Below, in pieces: positions 34,301-49,300 of a DNA stretch of 64,000 nt (positions are counted from its first letter, which is position 1; every line of letters starts with the position of its first letter). The notes under the pieces are model-generated. The model did no database searches. It saw only the letters and a program-made list of their open reading frames with translations, and was not told the origin of the DNA. Source of the DNA: Mobula hypostoma (Eukaryota). Location of the stretch: the NCBI RefSeq assembly GCF_963921235.1, contig NC_086108.1:99078001-99142000 (forward strand). The letters are read 5' to 3'. The translations under genes and the position numbers were made by a program.

Positions 34301-37300
34301 AGCATGTACTCCTTAACCCCCTCACCACCTCACCTACACCAGACAGCATGTACTCCTTATCCCCCGTCACCACCTCACCTACACCAGACAGCATGTACTC
34401 CTTATCCCCGTCACCACCTCACCTACACCAGACAGCATGTACTCCTTATCCCCCCCTCACCACCTCACCGACACCAGACAGCATGTACTCCTTATCCCCC
34501 CGTCACCACCTCACCTACACCAGACAGCATGTACTCCTTATCCCTCCCTCACCACCTCACCTACACCAGACAGCATGTACGCCATATCCCCCCTCACCAC
34601 CTCACCTACACCAGACAGCGTGTACTCCTTATCCCCCCCTCGCCACCTCACCTACACCAGACAGCTTGTACTCCTTATCCCCCCTCACCAGCTCACCTAC
34701 ACCAGACAGCATGTACTCCTTAACCCCCTCACCACCTCGCCTACACCAGACAGCATGTACTCCTTATCACCCCGTCACCACCTCACCTACACCAGACAGC
34801 ATGTACTCCTTATCCCCCGTCACCACCTCACCTACACAAGACAGCATGTACTCCATATCCCGCTCACCACCTCACCTACACCAGACAGCATGTACGCCAT
34901 ATCCCCCCTCACCACCTCACCTACACCAGACAGCGTGTACTCCTTATCCCCCCCTCGCCACCTCACCTACACCAGACAGCTTGTACTCCTTATCCCCCCT
35001 CACCACCTCACCTACAGCGGACAGCATGTACTCCTTAACCCCCCCACCACCTCACCTACACCAGACAGCATGTACTCCTTATCCCCCTCACCACCTCACC
35101 GACATCAGACAGCAGGTACTCCTGACCCCCCTCACCACCTCACCTGCACCAGACAGCATGTACTCCTTAACCCCCTCACCACCTCACCGACACCAGACAG
35201 CATGTACTCCTTATCCCCCCCTCACCAGCTCACCTACACCAGACAGCATGTACTCCTTATCCCTCCCTCACCACCTCACCGACACCAGACAGCATGTACT
35301 CCTTATCCCCCCCTCACCAGCTCACCTACACCAGACAGCATGTACTCCTTATCCCCCTCACCACCTCACATACACCAGACAGCATGTACTCCTTATCCCC
35401 CTCACCACCTCACCTGCACCAGACAGCAAGTACTCCTTACCCCGCCTCACCATCTCACCTACACCAGACAGCATGTACTCCTTATCCCCCTCACCACCTC
35501 ACCTACACCAGACAGCATGTACTCCTTACCCCCTCAGCACCTCACCTACACCAGACAGAATGTACTCCTTATCCCCCCTCACCACCTCACCTACACCAGA
35601 CAGCATGTACTCCTTATCCCCCCCTCACCACCTCACCTACACCAGACAGCATGTACTCCGTATCCCCCTCATCACCTCACCTTCACCAGACAGCATGTAC
35701 TCCTTATCCCCCCCTCACCACCTCACCTACACCAGACAGCATGTACTCCTTATCCCCCCTCACCACCTCACCTACACCAGACAGCATGTACTCCTTATCC
35801 CCCTCACCACCTCACCTACACCAGACAGCATGTACTCCTTATCCCCCTCACCAGCTCACCTACACCAGGCAGCATGTACTCCTTATCCCCCCCTCACCAC
35901 CTCACCTACACCAGACAGCATGTACTCCTTATCCCCCTCACCACCTCACCTACACCAGACAGCATGTACTCCTTATCCCCCTCACCAGCTCACCTACACC
36001 AGGCAGCATGTACTCCTTATCCCCCCCTCACCACCTCACCTACACCAGACAGCATGTACTCCTTATCCCCCCTCACCCCCTCACCTACACCAGACAGCAT
36101 GTACTCCTTACCGCCCCTCACCACATCACCTACACCAGACAGCATGTACTCCTTACACCCGCCTCACCAGCTCACCTACACCAGACAGCATGTACTCCTT
36201 ACCGCCCCTCACCACCTCACCTACACCAGACAGCATGTACTCCTTATCCCCCTCACCAGCTCACCTACACCAGACAGCATGTACTCCTTATCCCCCTAAG
36301 CACCTCACCTACACCAGACAGCATGTACTCCTTATCCGCCCCTCACCACCTCACCTACACCAGACAGCATGTACTCCTTATCCCCCGTCAACACCACACC
36401 TGCACCAGACAGCATGTACTCCTTATCCCCCGTCACCACCTCACCTACACCAGACAGCATGTACTCCTTATCCCCACCTCGCCACCTCACCTACACCAGA
36501 CAGCATGTACTCCTTATCCCCCTCACCACCTCACCTACACCAGACAGCATGTACTCCTTATCCCCCTCACCACCTCACCTACACCAGACAGCGTGTACTC
36601 CTTATCCCCCCTTCGCCACCTCACCTACACCAGACAGCATGTACTCCTTATCCCCCCCTCGCCACCTCACCTACACCAGACAGCTTGTACTCCTTAACCC
36701 CCTCACCACCTCACCTACACCAGACAGCATGTACTCCTTAACCCCCTCACCACCTCACCTACACCAGACAGCATGTACTCCTTATCCCCCTCACCACCTC
36801 ACCTACACCAGACAGCATGTACTCCTTATCCCCCTCACCACCTCATCCTACACCAGACAGCATGTACTCCTTATCCCCCTCACCACCTCACCTACACCAG
36901 ACAGCATGTACTCCTGACCCCCCTCACCACCTCACCTGCACCAGACAGCATGTACTCCTTAACCCCTCCTCACCAGCTCACCTTCACCAGACAGCATGTA
37001 CTCCTTATCCCTCCCTCACCACCTCACCTACACCAGGCAGCATGTACTCCTTACCCCCCCTCACCACCTCAACTACACCAGACAGCATGTACTCCTTATC
37101 CCCCGTCACCACCTCACCTACACAAGACAGCATGTATTCCATATCCCGCTCACCATCTCACCTACACCAGACAGCATGTACTCCTTATCCCCCCTCGCCA
37201 CCTCACCTACACCAGACAGCATGTACTCCTTAACCCCCTCACCACTTCGCCTACACCAGACAGCATGTACTCCTTATCCCCCCTCACCACCTCACCTACA

Positions 37301-40300
37301 CCAGACAGCATGTACTCCATATCCCGCTCACCACCTCACCTACACCAGACAGCATGTACGCCATATCCCCCCTCACCACCTCACCTACACCAGACAGCGT
37401 GTACTCCTTATCCCCCCCTCGCCACCTCACCTACACCAGACAGCTTGTACTCCTTATCCCCCCTCACCACCTCACCTACAGCAGACAGCATGTACTCCTT
37501 AACCCCCCCACCACCTCACCTACACCAGACAGCATGTACTCCTTATCCCCCTCACCACCTCACCGACATCAGACAGCAGGTACTCCTGACCCCCCTCACC
37601 ACCTCACCTGCACCAGACAGCATGTACTCCTTAACCCCCTCACCACCTCACCTACACCAGACAGCATGTACTCCATATCCCCCCCTCACCAGCTCACCTA
37701 CACCAGACAGCATGTACTCCTTATCCCTCCCTCACCACCTCACCGACACCAGACAGCATGTACTCCTTATCCCCCCCTCACCAGCTCACCTACACCAGGC
37801 AGCATGTACTCCTTATCCCCCTCACCACCTCACCTACACCAGACAGCATGTATTCCTTACACCCCCCTCACCACCTCACCTACACCAGATAGCATGTACT
37901 CCTTATCCCCCTGAACACCTCACCTGCACCAGACAGCATGTATTCCTTACACCCCCCTCACCACCTCACCTACACCAGACAGCATGTACTCCTTATCCCC
38001 CCTCACCACCTCACCTACACCAGACAGCATGTACTCCTTATCCCCCTCACCACCTCACCTACACCAGACAGCATGTACTCCTTATCCCCTTCACCACCTC
38101 ACCTACACCAGACAGCATGTACTCCTTATCCCCCTCACCACCTCACCTACACCAGACAGCATGTACTCCTTATACCCCTCACCACCTCACCGACACCAGA
38201 CAGCATGTACTCCTTATCCCCCTCACCACCTCACCTACACCAGACAGCATGTACTCCTTATCCCCCTGACCACCTCACCTACACCAGACAGCATGTACTC
38301 CTTATCCCCCCTCAACACCACACCTACACCAGGCAGCATGTACTCCTTATCCCCCTCACCACCTCACCTACACCAGACAGCGTGTACTCCTTATCGCCCC
38401 TTCGCAACCTCACCTACACCAGACAGCATGAACTCCTTAACCCCCTCACCACCTCACCTACACCAGACAGCATGTACTCCTTATCCCCCTCACCACCTCA
38501 CCTACACCAGACAGCATGTACTCCTTATCCCCCTCACCACCTCACATACACCAGACAGCATGTACTCCTTATCCCCCTCACCACCTCACCTGCACCAGAC
38601 AGCAAGTACTCCTTACCCCGCCTCACCATCTCACCTACACCAGACAGCATGTACTCCTTATCCCCCTCACCACCTCACCTACACCAGACAGCATGTACTC
38701 CTTATCCCCCTCACCAGCTCACCTACACCAGGCAGCATGTACTCCTTATCCCCCCCTCACCACCTCACCTACACCAGACAGCATGTACTCCTTATCCCCC
38801 TCACCACCTCACCTACACCAGACAGCATGTACTCCTTATCCCCCTCACCACCTCACCTACACCAGACAGCATGTACTCCTTACAACCCCTCACCAACTCA
38901 CCTACACCAGACAGCATGTACTCCTTATCCACCCCTCACCACCTCACCTACACCAGACAGCATGTACTCCTTATTCCCCCTCACCACCTCACCTACACCA
39001 GACAGCATGTACTCCTTATCCCCCGTCAACACCACACCTACACCAGACAGCATGTACTCCTTATCCCCCGTCAACACCACACCTACACCAGACAGCATGT
39101 ACTCCTTATCCCCCCTCACCACCTCACCTACACCAGACAGCATGTACTCCTTATCCCCCTCACCACCTCACCTACACCAGACAGCATGTACTCCTTATCC
39201 CCTTCACAACCTCACCTACACCAGACAGCATGTACTCCTTATCCCCCTCACCACCTCACCTACACCAGACAGCATGTACTCCTTATCCCCTCACCACCTC
39301 ACCTACACCAGACAGCATGTACTCCTTAACCCCCTCACCACCTCACCTACACCAGACAGCATGTACTCCTTATCCCCTCACCACCTCACCTACACCAGAC
39401 AGCATGTACTCCTTAACCCCCTCACGACCTCACCTACACCAGACAGCATGTACTCCTTAACCCCCTCACGACCTCACCTACACCAGACAGCATGTACTCC
39501 TTATCCCCCTCACCACCTCACCTACACCAGACAGCATGTACTCCTTATCCCCCCTCACCACCTCACCTACACCAGACAGCATGTACTCCTTACACCCCCT
39601 CACCACCTCACCTACACCAGACAGCATGTACTCCTTATCCCCCTCACCACCTCACATACACCAGACAGCATGTACTCCTTATCCCCCTCACCACCTCACC
39701 TGCACCAGACAGCAAGTACTCCTTACCCCGCCTCACCATCTCACCTACACCAGACAGCATGTACTCCTTATCCCCCCTCGCCACCTCACCTACACAAGAC
39801 AGCATGTATTCCATATCCCGCTCACCATCTCACCTACACCAGACAGCATGTACTCCTTATCCCCCCTCGCCACCTCACCTAAACCAGACAGCATGTACTC
39901 CTTAACCCCCTCACCACCTCGCCTACACCAGACAGCATGTACTCCTTATCACCCCGTCACCAGCTCACCTACACCAGACAGCATGTACTCCATATCCCCC
40001 TCACCACCTCACCTACACCAGACAGCATGTACGCCATATCCCCCCTCACCACCTCACCTACACCAGACAGCATGTACTCCTTATCCCCCCCTCACCACCT
40101 CACCTACACCAGACAGCTTGTACTCCTTATCCCCCCTCACCACCTCACCTACAGCAGACAGCATGTACTCCTTAACCCCCCCACCACCTCACCTACACCA
40201 GACAGCATGTACTCCTTATCCCCCTCACCACCTCACCGACATCAGACAGCAGGTACTCCTTAACCCCCTCACCACCTCACCTACACCAGACAGCATGTAC

Positions 40301-43300
40301 TCCATATCCCCCCCTCACCAGCTCACCTACACCAGACAGCATGTACTCCTTATCCCTCCCTCACCACCTCACCGACACCAGACAGCATGTACTCCTTATC
40401 CCCCCCTCACCAGCTCACCTACACCAGGCAGCATGTACTCCTTACCCCCCCTCACCACCTCACCTACACCAGACAGCATGTATTCCTTACACCCCCCTCA
40501 CCACCTCACCTACACCAGATAGCATGTACTCCTTATCCCCCTGAACACCTCACGTACACCAGACAGCAGGAACTCCTTACCCCCCTCACCACCTCACCTA
40601 CACCAGACAGCATGTACTCCTTATCCCCCCTCACCACCTCACCTACACCAGACAGCATGTACTCCTTATCCCCCTCACCACCTCACCTACACCAGACAGC
40701 ATGTACTCCTTATCCCCCTCACCACCTCACATACACCAGGCAGCATGTACTCCTTATCCCCCTCACCACCTCACCTACACCAGACAGCATGTACTCCTTA
40801 TACCCCTCACCACCTCACCTACACCAGACAGCATGTACTCCTTATACCCCTCACCACCTCACCTACACCAGACAGCATGTACTCCTTATACCCCTCACCA
40901 CCTCACCTACACCAGACAGCATGTACTCCTTATCCCCCTCAACACCTCACCTACACCAGACAGCATGTACTCCTTATACCCCTCACCACCTCACCTACAC
41001 CAGACAGCATGTACTCCTTATCCCCCCTCAACACCACACCTACACCAGGCAGCATGTACTCCTTACCCCCTCACCACCTCACCTACACCAGACAGCATGT
41101 ACTCCTTATCCCCCTCACCACCTCACCTACACCAGACAGCATGTACTCCTTATACCCCCCTCACCCCCTCACCTACACCAGACAGCATGTACTCCTTATC
41201 CCCCTCACCACCTCACCTACACCAGACAGCATGTACTCCTTATCCCCCTCACCACCTCACCTACACCAGACAGCATGTACTCCTTATCGCCCCTTCGCCA
41301 CCTCACCTACACCAGACAGCATGAACTCCTTAACCCCCTCACCACCTCACCTACACCAGACAGCATGTACTCCTTATCCCCTTCACCACCTCATCCTACA
41401 CCAGACAGCATGTACTCCTTAACCCCCTCACCACCTCACCTACACCAGACAGCATGTACTCCTTATTCCCCTCACCACCTCACCTACACCAGACAGCATG
41501 TACTCCTTATCCCCCTCACCACCTCACCTGCACCAGACAGCAAGTACTCCTTATCCCCCTCACCACCTCACCTACACCAGACAGCATGTACTCCTTATCC
41601 CCCTCACCACCTCACCTACACCAGACAGCATGTACTCCTTATCCCCCTCACCACCTCACATACACCAGACAGCATGTACTCCTTATCACCCTCACTACCT
41701 AAACTACACCAGACAGCATGTACTCCTTATCCCTCCTACCACCTCACCTACACCAGACAGCATGTACTCCATATCCCCTCAACACCTCGCCTACACCAGA
41801 CAGCATGTACTCCTTAACCCCCTCACCACATCACCTGCACCAGACAGCATGTACTCCTTATCTCCCCCTCAACACGTCACCTACAGCAGACAGCATGTAC
41901 TCCTTATCCCCCTCACCACCTCACCTACACCAGACAGCATGTACTCCTTATCCCCCTCACCACCTCACCTACACCAGACAGCATGTACTCCTTATCCCCC
42001 TCACCACCTCACCTACACCAGACAGCATGTACTCCTTATCACCCCGTCACCACCTCACCTACACCAGACAGCATGTACTCCTTATCCCTCCCTCACCACC
42101 TCACCTACACCAGACAGCATGTACTCCTTATCCCCCTCACCACCTCACCTACACCAGACAGCATGTACTCCTTATCCCCCTCACCACCTCACCTACACCA
42201 GACAGCATGTTCTCCTTATCCACCCCTCACCACCTCACCTACACCAGACAGCATGTACTCCTTATCCCCCCCTCACCACCTCACCTACACCAGACAGCAT
42301 GTACTCCTTATCCCCCGTCACCACCTCACCTACACCAGACAGCATGTACTCCTTATCCCCCCTCACCACCTCACCTACACCAGACAGCATGTACTCCTTA
42401 TCCCCCTCACCACCTCACCTACACCAGACAGCATGTACTCCTTATCCCCTTCACCACCTCACCTACACCAGACAGCATGTACTCCTTATCCCCCTCACCA
42501 CCTCACCTACACCAGACAGCATGTACTCCTTAACCCCCTCACCACCTCACCTACACCAGACAGCATGTACTCCTTATCCCCCGTCACCACCTCACCTACA
42601 CCAGACAGCATGTACTCCTTATCCCCCCCTCACCACCTCACCTACACCAGACAGCATGTACTCCTTAGCCCCCCCTCAACACCACACCTACACCAGACAG
42701 CATGTACTCCTTATCCCCCTCACCACCTCACCTACACAAGACAGCATGTATTCCATATCCCGCTCACCATCTCACCTACACCAGACAGCATGTACTCCTT
42801 AACCCCCTCACCACCTCACCTACACCAGACAGCATGTACTCCTTATCCCCCCTCGCCACCTCACCTACACCAGACAGCATGTACTCCTTATCACCCCGTC
42901 ACCACCTCACCTACACCAGACAGCATGTACTCCATATCCCGCGCACCACCTCACCTACACCAGACAGCATGTACGCCATATCCCCCCTCACCACCTCACC
43001 TACACCAGACAGCGTGTACTCCTTATCCCCCCCTCGCCACCTCACCTACACCAGACAGCTTGTACTCCTTATCCCCCCTCACCACCTCACCTACAGCAGA
43101 CAGCATGTACTCCTTAACCCCCCCACCACCTCACCTACACCAGACAGCATGTACTCCTTATCCCCCTCACCACCTCACCGACATCAGACAGCAGGTACTC
43201 CTGACCCCCCTCACCACCTCACCTGCACCAGACAGCATGTACTCCTTAACCCCCTCACCACCTCACCTACACCAGACAGCATGTACTCCATATCCCCCCC

Positions 43301-46300
43301 TCACCACCTCACCTACACCAGACAGCATGTACTCCTTATCCCTCCCTCACCACCTCACCGACACCAGACAGCATGTACTCCTTATCCGCCCCTCACCAGC
43401 TCACCTACACCAGGCAGCATGTACTCCTTACCCCCCCTCACCACCTCACCTACACCAGACAGCATGTATTCCTTACACCCCCCTCACCACCTCACCTACA
43501 CCAGATAGCATGTACTCCTTATCCCCCTGAACACCTCACGTACACCAGACAGCAGGAACTCCTTACCCCCCTCACCACCTCACCTACACCAGACAGCATG
43601 TACTCCTTATCCCCCCTCACCACCTCACCTACACCAGACACATGTACTCCTTATCCCCCTCACCACCTCACCTACACCAGACAGCATGTACTCCTTATCC
43701 CCCCCTCGCCACCTCACCTACACCAGACAGCATGTACTCCTTATCCCCCTCACCACCTCACCTACACCAGACAGCATGTACTACTTATCCCCCCTCAACA
43801 CCACACCTACACCAGGCAGCATGTACTCCTTATCCCCCTCACCACCTCACCTACACCAGACAGCGTGTACTCCTTATCGCCCCTTCGCAACCTCACCTAC
43901 TCCAGACAGCATGTACTCCTTATCCCCCTCACCACCTCACCTACAACAGACAGCATGTACTCCTTATCCCCCTCACCACCTCACATACACCAGACAGCAT
44001 GTACTCCTTATCCCCCTCACCACCTCACCTGCACCAGACAGCAAGTACTCCTTACCCCGCCTCACCATCTCACCTACACCAGACAGCATGTACTCCTTAT
44101 CCCCCTCACCACCTCACATACACCAGACAGCATGTACTCCTTATCCCCCTCACCACCTCACCTACACCAGACAGCATGTACTCCTTACCCCCTCAGCACC
44201 TCACCTACACGAGACAGAATGTACTCCTTATCCCCCCTCACCACCTCACCTACACCAGACAGCATGTACTCCTTATCCCCCTCACCACCTCACCTACACC
44301 AGACAGCATGTACTCCTTATCCCCCTCACCAGCTCACCTACACCAGGCAGCATGTACTCCTTATCCCCCCCTCACCACCTCACCTACACCAGACAGCATG
44401 TACTCCTTATCCCCCTCACCACCTCACCTACACCAGACAGCATGTACTCCTTATCCCCCTCACCAGCTCACCTACACCAGGCAGCATGTACTCCTTATCC
44501 CCCCCTCACCACCTCACCTACACCAGTACAGCATGTACTCCTTATCCCCCCTCACCCACACCAGACAGCATGTACTCCTTACAACCCCTCACCACCTCAC
44601 CTACACCAGACAGCATGTACTCCTTATCCACCCCTCACCACCTCACCTACACCAGACAGCATGTACTCCTTATCCCCCCCTCACCACCTCACCTACACCA
44701 GACAGCATGTACTCCTTATCCCCCGTCAACACCACACCTACACCAGACAGCATGTACTCCTTATCCCCCGTCAACACCACACCTACACCAGACAGCATGT
44801 ACTCCTTATCCCCCGTCAACACCTCACCTACACCAGACAGCATGTACTCCTTATCCCCCCTCACCACCTCACCTACACCAGACAGCATGTACTCCTTATC
44901 CCCCTCACCACCTCACCTACACCAGACAGCATGTACTCCTTATCCCCTTCACCACCTCACCTACACCAGACAGCATGTACTCCTTATCCCCCGTCACCAC
45001 CTCACCTGCACCAGACAGCATGCACTCCATATCCCGCTCACCACCTCACCTACACCAGACAGCATGTACGCCATATCCCCCTCACCACCTCACCTACACC
45101 AGACAGCGTGTACACCTTATCCCCCGTCACCACCTCACCTACAGCAGACAGCATGTACTCCCTAACCCCCCCACCACCTCACCTACACCAGACAGCATGT
45201 ACTCCTTATCCCCCTCACCAGCTCACCGACATCAGACAGCAGGTACTCCTGACCCCCCTCACCACCTCACCTGCACCAGACAGCATGTACTCCTTAACCC
45301 CCTCACCACCTCACCTACACCAGACAGCATGTACTCCTTATCCCCCCCTCACCAGCTCACCTACACCAGACAGCATGTACTCCTTATTCCTCCCTCACCA
45401 CATCACCGACACCAGACAGCATGTACTCCTTATCCCCCCCTCACCAGCTCACCTACACCAGGCAGCATGTACTCCTTACCCCCCCTCACCACTCACCTAC
45501 ACCAGACAGCATGTATTCCTTACACCCCCCTCACCACCTCACCTACACCAGATAGCATGTACTCCTTATCCCCCTGAACACCTCACGTACACCAGACAGC
45601 AGGAACTCCTTACCCCCCTCACCACCTCACCTACACCAGACAGCGTGTACTCCTTATCGCCCCTTCGCAACCTCACCTACACCAGACAGCATGAACTCCT
45701 TAACCCCCTCACCACCTCACCTACACCAGACAGCATGTACTCCTTATCCCCCTCACCACCTCTCATACACCAGACAGCATGTACTCCTTATCCCCCTCAC
45801 CACCTCACCTGCACCAGACAGCAAGTACTCCTTACCCCGCCTCACCATCTCACCTACACCAGACAGCATGTACTCCTTATCCCCCTCACCACCTCACCTA
45901 CACCAGACAGCATGTACTCCTTACCCCCTCAGCACCTCACCTACACCAGACAGAATGTACTCCATATCCCCCCTCACCACCTCCCTACACCAGACAGCAT
46001 GTACTCCTTATCCCCCCCTCACCACCTCACCTACACCAGACAGCATGTACTCCTTATCCCCCTCACCACCTCACCTACACCAGACAGCATGTACTCCGTA
46101 TCCCCCTCACCACCTCACCTTCACCAGACAGAATGTACTCCTTATCCCCCCTCACCACCTCCCTACACCAGACAGCATGTACTCCTTATCCCCCCCTCAC
46201 CACCTCACCTACACCAGACAGCATGTACTCCTTATCCCCCTCACCACCTCACCTACACCAGACAGCATGTACTCCGTATCCCCCTCACCACCTCACCTTC

Positions 46301-49300
46301 ACCAGACAGCATGTACTCCTTATCCACCCCTCACCACCTCACCTACACCAGACAGCATGTACTCCTTATCCCCCCTCACCACCCCACCTACACCAGACAG
46401 CATGTACTCCTTATCCCCCTCACCACCTCACCTACACCAGACAGCATGTACTCCTTATCCCCCTCACCACCTCACCTACACCAGGCAGCATGTACTCCTT
46501 ATCCCCCCCTCACCACCTCACCTACACCAGACAGCATGTACTCCTTATCCCCCTCACCACCTCACCTACACCAGACAGCATGTACTCCTTATCCCCCTCA
46601 CCAGCTCACCTACTCCAGGCAGCATGTACTCCTTATTCCCCCCTCACCACCTCACCTACACCAGACAGCATGTACTCCTTATACACCCCCTCACCCCCTC
46701 ACCTACACCAGACAGCATGTACTCCTCACCACCTCACCTACACCAGACCGCCCCTCACCACATCACCTACACCAGACAGCATGTACTCCTTACCCCCGCC
46801 TCACCAGCTCACCTACACCAGACAGCATGTACTCCTTACCGCCCCTCACCACCTCACCTACACCAGACAGCATGTACTCCTTATCCCCCGTCAAAACCAC
46901 AAATACACCAGACAGCATGTACTCCTTATCCCCCGTCACCACCTCACCTACACCAGACAGCATGTACTCCTTATCCCCACCTCGCCACCTCACCTACACC
47001 AGACAGCATGTACTCCTTATCCCCCTCACCACCTCACCTACACCAGACAGCATGTACTCCTTATCCCCCTCACCACCTCACCTACACCAGACAGCGTGTA
47101 CTCCTTATCCCCCCTTCGCCACCTCACCTACACCAGACAGCATGTACTCCTTATCCCCCCCTCGCCACCTCACCTACACCAGACAGCATGTACTCCTTAA
47201 CCCCCTCACCACCTCACCTACACCAGACAGCATGTACTCCTTAACCCCCTCACCACCTCACCTACACCAGACAGCATGTACTCCTTATCCCCCTCACCAC
47301 CTCACCTACACCAGACAGCATGTACTCCTTATCCCCCTCACCACCTCATCCTACACCAGACATCATGTACTCCTTATCCCCCTCACCACCTCACCTACAC
47401 CAGACAGCATGTACTCCTTATCCCCCTCACAACCTCACCGACATCAGACAGCATGTACTCCTTATCCCCGCTTCGCCACCTCACCTACACCAGACAGCAT
47501 TTACTCCTGACCCCCCTCACCACCTCACCTGCACCAGACAGCATGTACTCCTTAACCCCTCCTCACCAGCTCACCTTCACCAGACAGCATGTACACCTTA
47601 TCCCTCCCTCACCACCTCACCTACACCAGGCAGCATGTACTCCGTACCCCTCCTCACCACCTCACCTACACCAGACAGCATGTACTCCTTATCCCCCTGA
47701 ACACCTCACGTACACCAGACAGCATGAACACCTTACCCCCCTCAGCACCTCACCTACACCAGACAGCATGTACTCCTTATCCCCCCTCACCCCCTCACCT
47801 ACACCAGACAGCATGTACTCCTTATCCCCCTCACCACCTCACATACACCAGGCAGCATGTACTCCTTATCCCCCTCACCACCTCACCTTCACCAGACAGC
47901 ATGTACTCCTTATCCCTCCTACCACCTCAACGACACCACACAGCATGTACTCCATATCCCCTCAACACCTCGCCTACACCAGACAGCATGTACTCCTTAT
48001 CCCCCCCTCAACACGTCACCTACAGCAGACAGCATGTACTCCTTATCCCCCTCACCACCTCACCTACACCAGACAGCATGTACTCCTTATCCCCCTCACC
48101 ACCTCACCAACACCAGCCAACATGTACTCCTTATCCCCCTCACCACCTCACCTACACCAGACAGCATGTACTCCTTATCCCCCTCACCTACACCAGACAG
48201 CATGTACTCCTTATCCCGCTCACCACCTCACCTACACCAGACAGAATGTACTCCTTATCCCCCCTCACCATCTCACCTACACCAGACAGCATGTATTCCT
48301 TACCCACCTCACCACCTCACCTGCACCAGACAGCATGTACTCCTTAGCCCCCACTCAACACCTCACCTACACCAGACAGCATGTACTCCTTATCCCCCTC
48401 ACCACCTCATCCTACACCAGACAGCATGTACTCCTTATTCCCCCTCACCACCTCATCCTACACCAGACAGCATGTACTCCTTACCCCACTCACCACCTCA
48501 TCCTACACCAGACAGCATGTACTCCTTATCCCCCCCTCACCTACACCAGATTGCATGTACTCCTTACCCCCATCACCACCTCACCTACACCAGACAGCAT
48601 GTACTCCTTATCCCACCCTCACCACCTCACCTACACCAGACAGCATGTACTCCTTAACCCCCTCACCACCTCACCTGCACCAGATAGCATGTACTCCTTA
48701 ACCCCCTCACCACCTCACCAACACCAGACAGCATGTACTCCTTATCCCCCCCTCAACAGCTCACCTACACCAGACAGCATGTACTCCTTATTCCTCCCTC
48801 ACCACCTCACCGACACCAGACAGCATTGTACTCCTTATCCCCCCTTCACCAGCTCACCTACACCAGGCAGCATGTACTCCTTACAACACCTCACCAATCT
48901 CATTCACCAGACAGCATGTATTCCTTACACCCCCCTCACCACCTCACCTACACCAGATAGCATGTACTCCTTATCCCCCTGAACACCTCACGTACACCAG
49001 ACAGCAGGAACTCCTTACCCCCCTCACCACCTCACCTACACCAGACAGCATGTACTCCTTATCCCCCCTCACCACCTCACCTACACCAGACAGCATGTAC
49101 TCCTTATCCCCCTCACCACCTCACCTACACCAGACAGCATGTACTCCTTATCCCCCTCACCACCTCACCTACACCAGACAGCGTGTACTCCTTATCGCCC
49201 CTTCGCAACCTCACCTACACCAGACAGCATGAACTCCTTATCCCCCTCACCACCTCACCTGCACCAGACAGCATGTACTCCTTACCCCCCCTCACCACCT